Source of the DNA: an uncultured bacterium
GTDB lineage: Bacteria; Krumholzibacteriota; Krumholzibacteriia; LZORAL124-64-63
Direction of reading: 5' to 3'
Assembly (NCBI GenBank): GCA_963727525.1
Contig: CAVSGO010000007.1
Span: 1,728,001 to 1,792,000 of the forward strand
Length of the DNA stretch: 64,000 nucleotides
The position numbers and the translations under genes are program-made. Positions 36,544 through 46,381 of the stretch are shown here, in pieces. Below the pieces are notes generated by a model, which was not told where the DNA came from, ran no database searches, and worked only from the letters and a program-made list of their open reading frames with translations. Numbering within the stretch: position 1 is the stretch's first letter; each line of letters opens with the position of its first letter.

Positions 36544-39500
36544 TCAATGCCCTCGCGACGCTGCATGCGACCGGAACCATGCGTCCGCGACCGTTGCGTG
36601 CAGCAATGTCGTGAAATACTCGCGGATCTCCGGTCGGCGGCCGGCCGGGAACGCGTCCACGACCGCGCACACGTCCGCGCGAAACGTCGCCGACTCGTCG
36701 CCATATCCCGTCAATCCGAGGATCACCGTCTGGAGCTGCCAGCAGGGAAACGCGTCGGTCCCGGGGTGCTTGCCACGGCGGTATTCGTCCCAGATCTCAC
36801 GCAGGCAGGCCAGGGTCCGCGCATCGTGGGGCTGGCGCAGGATCTGTTGCGCAGCCCACATGATCGTGCCGGCGGGATGGTGCGGGCTCACCAGCATGAG
36901 CACCAGGAGGTCGCGGTCCTGAGGATCGACGCGCATACCGGAGAGGGCGCGGACATCGGCGTACGGAAACTGCTCACGACGTGCCGCATACGGGGCGGGC
37001 AGAATGTCGAATCGACCGGGTTTCTCGTCGAGCAACGCCCCCAGCTGCGCCCGCGATAGCGTGCGGGTCGCCGCGAATGCCGGCTGCTCGAGCAACCAGG
37101 GCGTGATCAATCTGTCGCTCGCCAGCTCGCGCCAGTTGGCGTCGTCGAGGCGTTCGGTAGCGAGACGCGGGAACTCGTAGTACGTCGAGATGCTCCCGCG
37201 GCACACCTGCCGCCGCCCGCCCGTCTCGACGACGACGTAGAGCACGCGCGGGCGCCCGACGGCAGCTTCCACGCAGCTCTCGGCGCTCACCGCCACGTCA
37301 ATCACGCAGGATATCGGGGTCTCCGCGATCGGGGAGCTGTTGTCATTCATCGACAGGCGTTTCAGGCGTCCCGGCATGCCGCGCAGCAGTTCGCAGTCGG
37401 CCGGTGTCTGAGGCTGCCCAGCCAGCTCACGCCTCGCGAGATCCTCGAGCTGGGCCATCAGCTCCTGGAAGTCGGCCCAGCGGTCAAGGCACGCACGCAT
37501 CCGCGACTGTGTGTTGTGTTTCCGGATCGCGTCGAGCATGTCCATATAGGCCGCCTGGATCCGCGTGAACTCATCAAAGCTCGCACCGCGCCGCTTCAGG
37601 TCGTCATATTTCGGTGCGGGATGGGCTTGCCGCCACGCCTGGATGTCGACCGCCCGCCCGAGGCGCACATCCAGTTCTTCCCACAGCCCGCACGCGTGGC
37701 CCGCGTCGACGATCTGCCGCGCGAGGTCGCGCAGGCCGCGATAGAAGTCGGGATAGGGCTCGACGTAACCATGAAAGGCGTCGGTGACGGCAGAAAGGCC
37801 AGAATACATGTGCGCCTCCTTGACGAACACGTGCGTCACGTGGCGCAACTCCGCCCAGGCGGCAAGGGTGGTGTTGAGCTGCTTGTCCCGCCAGGCGTCG
37901 GTCGCCAGTGCAGTCGGCGCGCCGGGAGGCGTCGTCATGAGGGTGGCGAGGACATCGAGTCCTGTGGAATTCAGGGATGCCATTCGCGGCATCAGATCCG
38001 GCGTGGCGAGGACCCGTTCCCATGCCTTGCGTGCGCCGGGATCGAGGGTCTGCGATCGCAGGTCGCGCGCATGGTCGCTGCCGAGCAACGCCGCCGCCAT
38101 GTCGAACCCCGAGACGGGCCAGACACCGCTGTCCATCAGCCGTTGGAAGAGCCGCGCGTCGGGCGTGGACCGCAGACCGAACAGGCGCACGCCGCGCGCT
38201 TGGCCGGGCGAGTACGCGAAGGCGTCGGTGTTGACCACCGGTGCCGGCAACGTGGCAAGCGCAGCGTCGAGTGCATCGGCCACCACGGAGTCGTGCCGGC
38301 CCGCGGCCAGGGCCGCGTCCGGCGCGGCTCCGGTCACGCGCCCAATCACCGCGAGGACATCGGCGGGAGTCGCGTCGTCAGCAGGGCCGAAGAAGAGCGT
38401 CAGCAGCGTATCGACGGCTTGCCATCGGGCGAGGAGATCGGAGTCGGCGGCTAGAAGCGACGCGAGCAGAATGGCGTCGCTCTTGCCCTGCGCCTCGCTC
38501 AGGCGCCACGTGAAGCGACCGCACCAGGTCATCGCGCGGAAGAACGCCTGGTCAGTCTGCGGATCGCTGTGTCGGCCACGCGGCCGATAAGCCGCGTAGT
38601 CCTCGGTCCGCCCGCGCAACGGACTGTCGGCCGGTCCCTCGGCGTTGTCGACCAGAAGCACCTCGTCGTCGACCATCGTCGCGTATATCGACGGCAATAC
38701 CGGTAGGTCGCCAGCATCGAGCAACCGCGCCGCCACGCTGGCCATGGCCCCAACACGCCACGCCGACTCCCGCGTCTCCGGATCCGCGTTGGTCCCACGG
38801 CGGGTCGCGGCACGCGCCAGATCGGCCGTGAAGTGGGTAAGCATGTCGTGCAGGCTGACGGTTTCCAGCGACTCGTACGTCGTCGCCGTCAGCCGCATGA
38901 ATGCGTGCCATATGGCATCGGAAGTGACGAAGGGGTACTCCGGTCGCAGCAACTCGAAGTGCTCGTTCGCCTCCTCGTCGCTCACGGCCACACCCTGCTT
39001 CTGGAGCTGGTCGAGCACCGCAGCCGACACGGAGAACGGACACATCAACCCTCTCGCCGCCGCCGCATGAAGGCGCAGGGCGCGCGTCGCCTTGTCCTGC
39101 AGCATCTCCGCGTCGCGCTCGCACTGGTTGCGGAACCCCGTGCGCCGACGCTCGTCCCAACCGGGCTGGGTCGACGCGGCGGCGAGGCTATCGGCCAGCG
39201 CCGGCATCTCGGTCAGGGCGTGGAGAGCCTCGCGCGACCCCGATCCCGGGATCTGTGCGAGCGCGTCGATGGTGTCGAACATGTCGGATTTCGTCCAGCG
39301 ACGGGTTGCCATGACGACGTCCAGCGCGCGCGGATCGCGCAGCGAGACCAGGATGTGGCGGCCAACGCCCTGCGAGGTCGCGGCGGAGAGCGTATGTTGG
39401 ACGCCGTACATCGCCAGGCGGTCGGCACGCGAATTCTCGATCTCCAGCGCCGGCAACGCAGCGAGCCGAACGGCCAGCTCGGCGGCCGCCGGATGCGGAT

Positions 39501-39750
39501 AGAACTCGAGGAACCGCAGGGCTACGCGGACCGAATCCGGCACCGCCGCCGGCACGGGCCCTTCATCGAGATAGTGATCCACCCGCGCGACGCAGAATCT
39601 GGTCAGCGTGTCGATGGAGGCAAGATCGTGGGGCAGACGACCGGCGTCGAAGGCGTCGTCGTCGAGATAGTCGTCCCAGTTCTCCCGCGCCTGCGCGCTC
39701 GCCAGCAGCAGCACCGCGGCCATCCCCAGCGTCCATGTGATCCTGCGCAC
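36544..39750 (-). CDS. DUF3160 domain protein, secreted, with extra N- and C-terminal helical regions
   Basis: FVTSDAIWH, EDYAAYRPRGRH, FFRAMTW, AWRDKQLNTTLAAWAELRH, GYVEPYP, YYEF..RLDDANWR; GAGGGAGG RBS then GTG. Confidence 0.8.
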   Translation of the reverse strand: MRRITWTLGMAAVLLLASAQARENWDDYLDDDAFDAGRLPHDLASIDTLTRFCVARVDHYLDEGPVPAAVPDSVRVALRFLEFYPHPAAAELAVRLAALPALEIENSRADRLAMYGVQHTLSAATSQGVGRHILVSLRDPRALDVVMATRRWTKSDMFDTIDALAQIPGSGSREALHALTEMPALADSLAAASTQPGWDERRRTGFRNQCERDAEMLQDKATRALRLHAAAARGLMCPFSVSAAVLDQLQKQGVAVSDEEANEHFELLRPEYPFVTSDAIWHAFMRLTATTYESLETVSLHDMLTHFTADLARAATRRGTNADPETRESAWRVGAMASVAARLLDAGDLPVLPSIYATMVDDEVLLVDNAEGPADSPLRGRTEDYAAYRPRGRHSDPQTDQAFFRAMTWCGRFTWRLSEAQGKSDAILLASLLAADSDLLARWQAVDTLLTLFFGPADDATPADVLAVIGRVTGAAPDAALAAGRHDSVVADALDAALATLPAPVVNTDAFAYSPGQARGVRLFGLRSTPDARLFQRLMDSGVWPVSGFDMAAALLGSDHARDLRSQTLDPGARKAWERVLATPDLMPRMASLNSTGLDVLATLMTTPPGAPTALATDAWRDKQLNTTLAAWAELRHVTHVFVKEAHMYSGLSAVTDAFHGYVEPYPDFYRGLRDLARQIVDAGHACGLWEELDVRLGRAVDIQAWRQAHPAPKYDDLKRRGASFDEFTRIQAAYMDMLDAIRKHNTQSRMRACLDRWADFQELMAQLEDLARRELAGQPQTPADCELLRGMPGRLKRLSMNDNSSPIAETPISCVIDVAVSAESCVEAAVGRPRVLYVVVETGGRRQVCRGSISTYYEFPRLATERLDDANWRELASDRLITPWLLEQPAFAATRTLSRAQLGALLDEKPGRFDILPAPYAARREQFPYADVRALSGMRVDPQDRDLLVLMLVSPHHPAGTIMWAAQQILRQPHDARTLACLREIWDEYRRGKHPGTDAFPCWQLQTVILGLTGYGDESATFRADVCAVVDAFPAGRRPEIREYFTTLLHATVADAWFRSHAASRGH

Positions 39751-39955
39751 GACGTCCCTCCCTCGATCCGTGAATATATGGAAGCGATCCGGCCGGACCA
39801 ACGCCTACCGGTGCCGGCACCACAAGCGCCTTGCCCATCTTCACCATCGTCGACATCACCACAGCAAGGGCCAGGAAGCCTCCCGCCAGTGACGCCACGA
39901 CCTCATCCTCCCGACCATCTTGACATCGCGCGTCATATGTCTTGCAACGTTTGAC

Positions 39956-40215
39956 ATGAATCGATCCGAGAACGAGCTGGTCGTCGGTGAGGTCGCGATC
40001 ACCGGACTTCTCGACACCCTCCGCAAGAAATTCGCCGCTCCCGCCGAAATGCTCGCAAAAGTCGAGGCTGTTCCTGCGCCAGTTCGAGATCATTCCGCGA
40101 CCCGCCGAACCCCGTCCGTTACCGGTCCGCGGTTCCGATGATCGCTGGGTTCTCGCCAATGCGATCGCAGGTCTCGCTGACGTGATGGTGACCGGAGATC
40201 ATGGTCGGCTGAGCG
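39956..40215 (+). pseudogene. Remnant of a PIN-domain toxin-antitoxin locus
   Basis: ENELVVGEVAITGLLDTLRKKF in one frame, then after a frameshift near 40067 LFLRQFEIIP...DDRWVLANAIAGLADVMVTGD (PIN_3-like); the N-terminal DTN motif is missing. Confidence 0.7.
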
Positions 40216-40339
40216 CGACCGTCCGACATGCGCCGGCGCAAGACGCGAAAGACCGGCGTGCCGCATCCACCGGATTCGTCCTTCCCGCCCCCGCTAACTC
40301 CTGCTAGTATCCCCGCTTCCCCACATAGGAGGTGACTCG

Positions 40340-42388
40340 ATGTCCGACCGCGAGCGCGCGCAACTCGACCTACCCGAGAATGCTTACCGGGAACTGGAAC
40401 CCGGCGAGACCTACACGCCCATCATCGACCAGGAGAGCGGCGTGCCCGAGGTGACGCCCCGCTCGATCACCTTCGGACTGGTGATGATCGTGGTCTTCTC
40501 GGCGGCGGCCGCGTACATCGCGCTGAAACTTGGCCAGGGTATCGAGACGGCCATCCCGATCAGCATTCTTGCGGTCGGATTCTCGGCGATGGTTGCGCGC
40601 AAGAGCATCCTCATCGAGAACGTGAACATCCTCGCCATCGGCGCCACCTCCGGCATCGTGGTGGGCGGGTCGGTCTTCGTGATGCCGGCCATCTACATGT
40701 TGAATCTGCAGAGTTCCAGTGGCCTCCAGACATTCCTGCAGATCTTCCTCGTGCCCTTCCTGGGCGCCGTGCTCGGGGTGCTCTTCCTGATCCCGTTCCG
40801 CAGCTACTTCACGGATGAGATGCACGGCAAGTTGCCGTTCCCCGAGGGCACGGCGACCACCGAGATCCTCGTGGCCGGCGAAAAGGGCGGCGACCAGGCC
40901 AAGGTGCTGGTATATGCGCTCGGCATCGGCATCGTACTCGACTACCTCGCCCTCGCCCTCTCCGCCTGGAGCGACACGTTCACCACGGCCGCCATCGACA
41001 AGCTGAACGCCTTCACCGACAAGACCAAGGCCGTCTTCGCCATGAACACGTCGGCCGCGGTGCTGGGCCTGGGCGTGATCATCGGCGTGAAGTACGCGTC
41101 GATCATCATGGCCGGGTCCTTGCTCGCGTACTTCGTGCTCATTCCCCTGTTCGCGCACCTGAATCCCATCCTGGCCGCCCACAGCACCGGCGATATCTTC
41201 TTCGGGTTCACCGCGGACGGCGTGACCATGGGCGGGGTGCGCAACATCGGCATTGGCGGCATCTTCGCCGCCGGCGTGATCTCGATCCTCAAGATGGCGC
41301 CGGTCATCAAGCAGGCCCTGCAGCAGATGCTGACCCAGCTCTTCAAGCATCATGACGCGGGCGGCGGCGGCTCGCGATTGAACCGTGACATCAAGATGTC
41401 GACGGTCGCGGTCATGGGCATCGCGCTCGCCGTGATCATTTTCGTGTACTTCCGCCTCGTGGTGGTGGCCAGCGTGCCCCACGCCACGGCCATCGCCCTG
41501 GTGTCGCTGGTGCTGACGTACTTGATCGTGTTTCTGTTCTCGGCCGTATCGGCCTGGGCGGTGGCCATGATCTCGGTGACGCCCATCTCCGGCATGACCC
41601 TCACCACCCTGATCATCGCCGCCGTCCTGCTTGCCGCTTTCGGCCTGTCGGGCGCGTCGGGCATGCTCGCCATCCTCCTCATCGGCGGCGTGGTGTGCAC
41701 CGCGCTGTCGATGTCCGGCTCGCTGGTCACGCAGTTCAAGATCGGCTACTGGCTCGGTTCCACGCCCCGGACGATCCAGTGGAGCAACATCCTGGGCTCG
41801 GCCCTGGCCAGCCTCACGGTGACAGCCGTGATCATGCTCTTCGCCAAGGTCTACGGCTACGGCACCCCCACCGCCGTCCACCCGCACCCCTTGCCCGCCC
41901 CCCAGGCCGGCGCCATGGCCGCCGTGGCCAACGCCTTCCTCGGCGGCCAGGGCGCCCCGTGGCTGCTCTACGTCGTGGGCGCGGTGATCGCCGTGGTGGT
42001 GTCGATGCTCGGCGTGTCGGCCCTGGCCTTCGCCCTGGGCATGTACCTGCCCATCGAGCTGAACAGCCCCATCCTGCTGGGCGCCATCGTCGGCTGGCTC
42101 ATCATGCACAGCTCCAAGGACCCGGCCACGTCCAAGGCCCGCAGCGACAAGGCCATCCTCATCGCCTCGGGTCTCATCGCCGGCGGCGCCCTCGCCGGTG
42201 TCTTCGATGGCATCACGAAGATGGTGCTCTCCGAGGGCTTCCACGTCGATCCGGACACGTTCGGCTTCCAGAGCTGGCTGCCGGGTGTCTTCACGCCGGG
42301 CTTCCAGAACTGGCTGGGTTTGATCGTGTTCCTCGGACTGGCGACGTTCCTGTACGTGGATGCGAGGAAGGCGAAGGCGGAAGGCTGA
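40340..42388 (+). CDS. OPT family oligopeptide transporter
   Basis: AYIALKLG..TAIPISIL, LPFPEG, PISGM, FKIGYWLGSTP, LPAPQA, ASGLIAG; AGGAGG RBS. Confidence 0.93.
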   Translation: MSDRERAQLDLPENAYRELEPGETYTPIIDQESGVPEVTPRSITFGLVMIVVFSAAAAYIALKLGQGIETAIPISILAVGFSAMVARKSILIENVNILAIGATSGIVVGGSVFVMPAIYMLNLQSSSGLQTFLQIFLVPFLGAVLGVLFLIPFRSYFTDEMHGKLPFPEGTATTEILVAGEKGGDQAKVLVYALGIGIVLDYLALALSAWSDTFTTAAIDKLNAFTDKTKAVFAMNTSAAVLGLGVIIGVKYASIIMAGSLLAYFVLIPLFAHLNPILAAHSTGDIFFGFTADGVTMGGVRNIGIGGIFAAGVISILKMAPVIKQALQQMLTQLFKHHDAGGGGSRLNRDIKMSTVAVMGIALAVIIFVYFRLVVVASVPHATAIALVSLVLTYLIVFLFSAVSAWAVAMISVTPISGMTLTTLIIAAVLLAAFGLSGASGMLAILLIGGVVCTALSMSGSLVTQFKIGYWLGSTPRTIQWSNILGSALASLTVTAVIMLFAKVYGYGTPTAVHPHPLPAPQAGAMAAVANAFLGGQGAPWLLYVVGAVIAVVVSMLGVSALAFALGMYLPIELNSPILLGAIVGWLIMHSSKDPATSKARSDKAILIASGLIAGGALAGVFDGITKMVLSEGFHVDPDTFGFQSWLPGVFTPGFQNWLGLIVFLGLATFLYVDARKAKAEG

Positions 42389-42413
42389 TGCCGGTGTGAT
42401 GCCGAGGAGTCGT

Positions 42414-42444
42414 GAACGGGGCTGGGCGCTGTCCGGCCCCGTTC
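42414..42444. terminator. Hairpin terminator between convergent genes
   Basis: GAACGGGGCTGGGC-GCT-GTCCGGCCCCGTTC. Confidence 0.65.
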
Positions 42445-42450
42445 TTGATT

Positions 42451-43251
42451 TCACGCGATACGATTCGCGATCGCGGCACCTGTCCCCTCGAGATGCGGCA
42501 CACCCCCGGCCGCGCGCGCCTCATCGTGCACGCCCCGCACCAGCCCATGCCCTTCCAGCACCCAGTACACGACGACCACGATCACCGCGGCCACGACCAC
42601 GAGCCGGCGGCGAGAGACGCGCAACGCCGACCGCCGACGCCCGCGCCATGCCACGACGAGCAACCCTACCGGCGCCAGCAGTCCCTCGAGCAACGCGCCG
42701 CGCAATGCCGGCCACCGCGGCCCGGGATAGAAGAAGACACTCGCTCCCACCACGCCGGCCGCCACGAGATACGCCACCACCAGAGGCCATCCGCCGGGCA
42801 ACCACCGCGCCACCGCGCGCAAGGTCACCGCGTAGAGCGCCACGCCGACGGCCTCGAGAACGACCCGCGCGCCACTGGCGCCGGCACCACGCAGCACGAA
42901 TGCCCAGTCCCCTGCACCCGTCACGGCCGACGACAAGACCGTGCCGGCCGCCCAGAATCCGTTGAACGCCACGACGAACGCCAGGAATACCTGCAAGACC
43001 GAATCCCGTACGCGCACCAGCGCCACGAACGCTGCCATCGAGACGAGCAGGTTCATCACCGAGCCCCCCGCATCCACGAACGGCGTGCCGGGACTGCAGC
43101 GAAAGTAGACCGTGGTCAGCAGTGTGATGTGCCCACCGCTCAGCAGGCACGCAGCCCCGTGCCCGAGCACCTCGTGCGCGACGCTCGCTGCGATGATCGC
43201 CAGGGCCGCGAGCCCGCTCAGCGTAGGGATGTGGACATCATGCCTGGGCAC
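42451..43251 (-). CDS. Integral membrane protein with HExxGH motif (M50-peptidase-like)
   Basis: VAHEVLGHG, DAGG..N, GDW, several TM helices. Confidence 0.6.
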   Translation of the reverse strand: MPRHDVHIPTLSGLAALAIIAASVAHEVLGHGAACLLSGGHITLLTTVYFRCSPGTPFVDAGGSVMNLLVSMAAFVALVRVRDSVLQVFLAFVVAFNGFWAAGTVLSSAVTGAGDWAFVLRGAGASGARVVLEAVGVALYAVTLRAVARWLPGGWPLVVAYLVAAGVVGASVFFYPGPRWPALRGALLEGLLAPVGLLVVAWRGRRRSALRVSRRRLVVVAAVIVVVVYWVLEGHGLVRGVHDEARAAGGVPHLEGTGAAIANRIA

Positions 43252-43255
43252 CGGA

Positions 43256-43789
43256 TCACCCGCCGGGATTCGCGATGATGTAGGTGCTCACGGTCCTGTG
43301 CACACCCTGGAACATCATCGTTCCCGATCGACTGTGCGCAAACCCCGCCCGCAAGAGCGTGCGCTGCGATGCCACGTTGTCCGCCGCCGTGACGCCGATG
43401 ATCCGCGCCAGCCCGAACCGCGCGAGCGTCCATTTCACGGCCGCCGCGGTCGCCTCGGTCGCATAACCTCGCCGTTGGTACGCCTCCGCGATCCCGAACC
43501 CGATCTCCACCTCATTTTCGAACGGGCTGAACCCCACGTGCCCGACCAACACGCCGTCGGCCCGATGCTCGATGGCAAGCGCGTACGGCCCGCCGCGCGG
43601 GGTGCCGGGGTCTTCGTAGGCCGCCACGAGATCCGCGATCACCGACTCCGCGTGCGCGAGATCACGGTACACCTGGCTCGGCAACCACATGCGTGCACCG
43701 GGCTCGCGGCTGAGAGCGAGGACTCGCGTGGCGTCGTCGGTGGTGAAGTGGCGCAGAAGGAGGGATGTGGTTGCGAGGGGGGGTTGCAT
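43256..43789 (-). CDS. GNAT N-acetyltransferase (RimJ/RimL-like)
   Basis: EIGFGIAEAYQRRGYATEA, NVASQRTLLRAGF. Confidence 0.9.
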   Translation of the reverse strand: MQPPLATTSLLLRHFTTDDATRVLALSREPGARMWLPSQVYRDLAHAESVIADLVAAYEDPGTPRGGPYALAIEHRADGVLVGHVGFSPFENEVEIGFGIAEAYQRRGYATEATAAAVKWTLARFGLARIIGVTAADNVASQRTLLRAGFAHSRSGTMMFQGVHRTVSTYIIANPGG

Positions 43790-44070
43790 GGTCGTTCAAG
43801 GCCTCACTCTTCCATCGCGTCGGCCGCGCACGTTCTTCGGGCGTCGTCAGGTCACCGCCTCCACCGAATGTCGCGGTCGTACTATCCGGTCGCTGTCCAC
43901 GCACGTCATCATAAACGACGAGCGCGATGATCACCAGGATACCCGCGAGGATGTTGACCTCGATCGAGAAGTCACCGAAACAACAAACGACCGCGAACCG
44001 AAGCCTCGACCGTAGATCGAAGCAATACGGAGGATACTCGACGACCAGGACTGGCACTACGACCGGCGCG

Positions 44071-44580
44071 CTATGCCGTGCTTTTCGCCCACCGAAAATG
44101 CCTCACAAGCACCACGATCCATACCGCCACAAGGAAAAGAAACACCCCCGTGCCCACCCACATCGCCGTCCCCGACAGGACCGGCGGCGTGTGGTGATTA
44201 GCCCGGACCACCAGCCCGTGCACGAACGCCAGGAACGCCGCGAGCATTACCCCCATGAAGGCGCCGTGCCACTGCAGGAAGGCGATCGTCTCCGCGCGCC
44301 GCGCCGGCGCCAGCCAGTAGTTGCGATGGGGCAGGTTCACGAACGTTACCGGGATCACCCGCACGATCGACCCGAGCGCCCCGATGAACATCGGCAACGC
44401 GACCACGAGCGCCAGCGTCACGCGCAGGTACTCGTCTCGCGGCATGAATCCATCGGCCCGCCCCGCGGCGTCGAAGTGCGACGCGATGCGCATCGGCAAC
44501 TCCTGCGAAGTCACCATGACATAGATGACTGCCGCCGCCAGCACACCGAAATAGGCAATGGCCAGAGCGCTTCGTCTCAC
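44071..44580 (-). CDS. DUF1648 domain membrane protein
   Basis: LPMRIASHFDAAGRADG, NLPHRNYW, TM helices; GTG start inferred. Confidence 0.8.
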   Translation of the reverse strand: MRRSALAIAYFGVLAAAVIYVMVTSQELPMRIASHFDAAGRADGFMPRDEYLRVTLALVVALPMFIGALGSIVRVIPVTFVNLPHRNYWLAPARRAETIAFLQWHGAFMGVMLAAFLAFVHGLVVRANHHTPPVLSGTAMWVGTGVFLFLVAVWIVVLVRHFRWAKSTA

Positions 44581-44696
44581 TTTTTCACCCGCGATTCGAA
44601 CGGTCGTGGCCTCGCAAGACACGTGAGGAACTGCGAGACGCTACTCGGGAAAGCGCCGGACCTGATGCCCATCATCGCAAGGTATCGCCCGCACTC

Positions 44697-45131
44697 TCAC
44701 GACGTGTCTCGCACCCGAGTCCTCTCCTGCAGCATTCGCAGTAACGCTCCGGCCCGATCGACCTTGAAGCGATACTCGACGTGCCCGGTGAAGCCCTGCT
44801 GCATAACCGCCGCGTCACACTCGATGACGAGCATCTCATCGCCATCGACCCGCAACGCGAACTTCGTCCACCGTGGGTCGTCGAACGCGATATCAATCAC
44901 CTTGCGCCGAAACGCCAGGGCCACACACCGCCGTCGAGTGACGGCGATCGCCCCCGTGAACCACTCCCGACGCCGCGAGAAGTACTTGCCGTGCCCCCGA
45001 AAATCGCGATAGGTCACCGATCCGCTCAGCTCCTCCTCCACCGTGAACCCTCCCTCGGCTGCGAGCACGTCTCGCACGCTCCCCGGCAACCGCCCGACCC
45101 GAAAGAGCCGATAGAAGATCGACCGCCCCAT
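44697..45131 (-). CDS. Hypothetical protein
   Basis: 144-aa ORF with plausible beta-rich composition. Confidence 0.6.
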   Translation of the reverse strand: MGRSIFYRLFRVGRLPGSVRDVLAAEGGFTVEEELSGSVTYRDFRGHGKYFSRRREWFTGAIAVTRRRCVALAFRRKVIDIAFDDPRWTKFALRVDGDEMLVIECDAAVMQQGFTGHVEYRFKVDRAGALLRMLQERTRVRDTS

Positions 45132-45474
45132 TCAAACCCACCGCTCGATATCACGTATCATCCGTCTTCCTCTGCAAAGCGATGGCAAGCGCAACATGCG
45201 ACGATTTGCTGACCATGATCGTCCCCCAAGCTGGCAGCGCATCGCCAGTTTATACCGTTATGTTCCAATTTCAATGGTATACCGTTTATCATGGTACCCC
45301 GATCAATTCCCCATTGTCCCCATCCCCTCCCGCTCCTTTCTCGAGAATCGAGTCGCCACGGACGAGGTGTAGTGCTGGAGCGATTGAAATCGACGGAGGT
45401 GCGGGACCGCGGGCAACGTGGTCGCAGCAGCCCCCCATGCTGTTCGCTGGCCGTCGCTACCTCGAGGTGGGCTC

Positions 45475-45508
45475 AAAAAAAGAGGCCCCACTTTACGCAG
45501 GGCCTCTC
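45475..45508 (-). terminator. Intrinsic terminator downstream of tRNA-Lys
   Basis: AGAGGCCC-loop-GGGCCTCT followed by a T-run on the minus strand. Confidence 0.75.
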
Positions 45509-45518
45509 TCGTGAACCT

Positions 45519-45594
45519 TGGTACGCCGCCGGGGACTCGAACCCCAAACCTAGTGATTAAGAGTCACTTGCTCTACCAGTTGAGCTAGCGGCGC
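45519..45594 (-). tRNA. tRNA-Lys(CTT)
   Basis: GCGCCGCTAGCTCAACTGGTAGAGCAAGTGACT-CTT-AATCACTAGGTTTGGGGTTCGAGTCCCCGGCGGCGTACCA, 76-nt cloverleaf. Confidence 0.96.
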
Positions 45595-45661
45595 ACCGAG
45601 ATGTCGATTCTTGTGGCCGGTGGGCATGGCACGTATCGTGTGGGTCCGCCGGCGGGGTAGG

Positions 45662-45690
45662 AAAGTAGCGCTGGTGCAGGAAGTTGTCAA
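45662..45690 (-). promoter_or_regulatory. Sigma70 promoter for tRNA-Lys
   Basis: TTGACA-N17-TACTTT. Confidence 0.65.
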
Positions 45691-45731
45691 GGATCGCCGA
45701 GGGTTTTCCGGGGCGGGAAGGTGGCCTTTTC

Positions 45732-46373
45732 ATGTGGGAGTTGCGGACGCGCAAGTCGCATGCGCGCAAGGTTATCGGGATCCTGAAAGACGAGTTTCCC
45801 GAGAGCGGGTGTTCGCTGGAGCATGGGGATGCGTGGCAGTTGCTCGTGGCGACCATTCTCTCGGCGCAGTGTACCGATGTCATGGTGAACAAGGTGACGC
45901 CCACCTTCTTTGCGACCTTCCCGACCGTGCGTGATGTCGCGCGGTCCGAGATCGACGAGATCTCCGCGGTGATCCGGCCGACCGGTTTCTACCGGAACAA
46001 AGCGAAGTCGCTCAAGAAAGCGGCGGAGGCCGTGCTGGAGCGGCATGGCGGCAAGGTGCCGGGCACGATCGAGGAACTCGTGAAGCTGCCTGGCGTGGGG
46101 CGCAAGACGGCCAACGTCGTGCTCGGCGAGATCTGGAACAAGCCCGAGGGCGTGGTGGTCGACACGCACGTGGGGCGCATCGCCTACAAGCTCGGGCTCA
46201 CCGACCAGACCGACCCTGGGAAGATCGAGACGCAGCTCGCCGAATGCGTTCCTCCCGACGATTGGCGTGATTTCGGGCATCTCCTCATCGATCATGGTCG
46301 CAAGACGTGCAGGGCACGAGCGCCGAGGTGCGATGAGTGTCCGCTGTATCGGCTGTGCGAGGTGCGGGGCTAG
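45732..46373 (+). CDS. nth: Endonuclease III
   Basis: LVATILSAQCTD, HhH LPGVGRKTANVV, VDTHV, 4Fe-4S CRARAPRCDECPLYRLC. Confidence 0.95.
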   Translation: MWELRTRKSHARKVIGILKDEFPESGCSLEHGDAWQLLVATILSAQCTDVMVNKVTPTFFATFPTVRDVARSEIDEISAVIRPTGFYRNKAKSLKKAAEAVLERHGGKVPGTIEELVKLPGVGRKTANVVLGEIWNKPEGVVVDTHVGRIAYKLGLTDQTDPGKIETQLAECVPPDDWRDFGHLLIDHGRKTCRARAPRCDECPLYRLCEVRG

Positions 46374-46381
46374 AAAGCACA

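Noticed and set aside
43662-44057. 131-aa ORF with one hydrophobic stretch
   Set aside because: It overlaps the GNAT gene and has no RBS or family motif; at most a decayed fragment.
42451-45131. Integron cassette array
   Set aside because: No attC-like RYYYAAC...GTTRRRY palindromes between the genes and no integrase.
45241-45268. dif site (TTATGTT resembles a XerD arm)
   Set aside because: The left arm lacks the ATAA half-site, and the skew polarity is opposite to that of a terminus.
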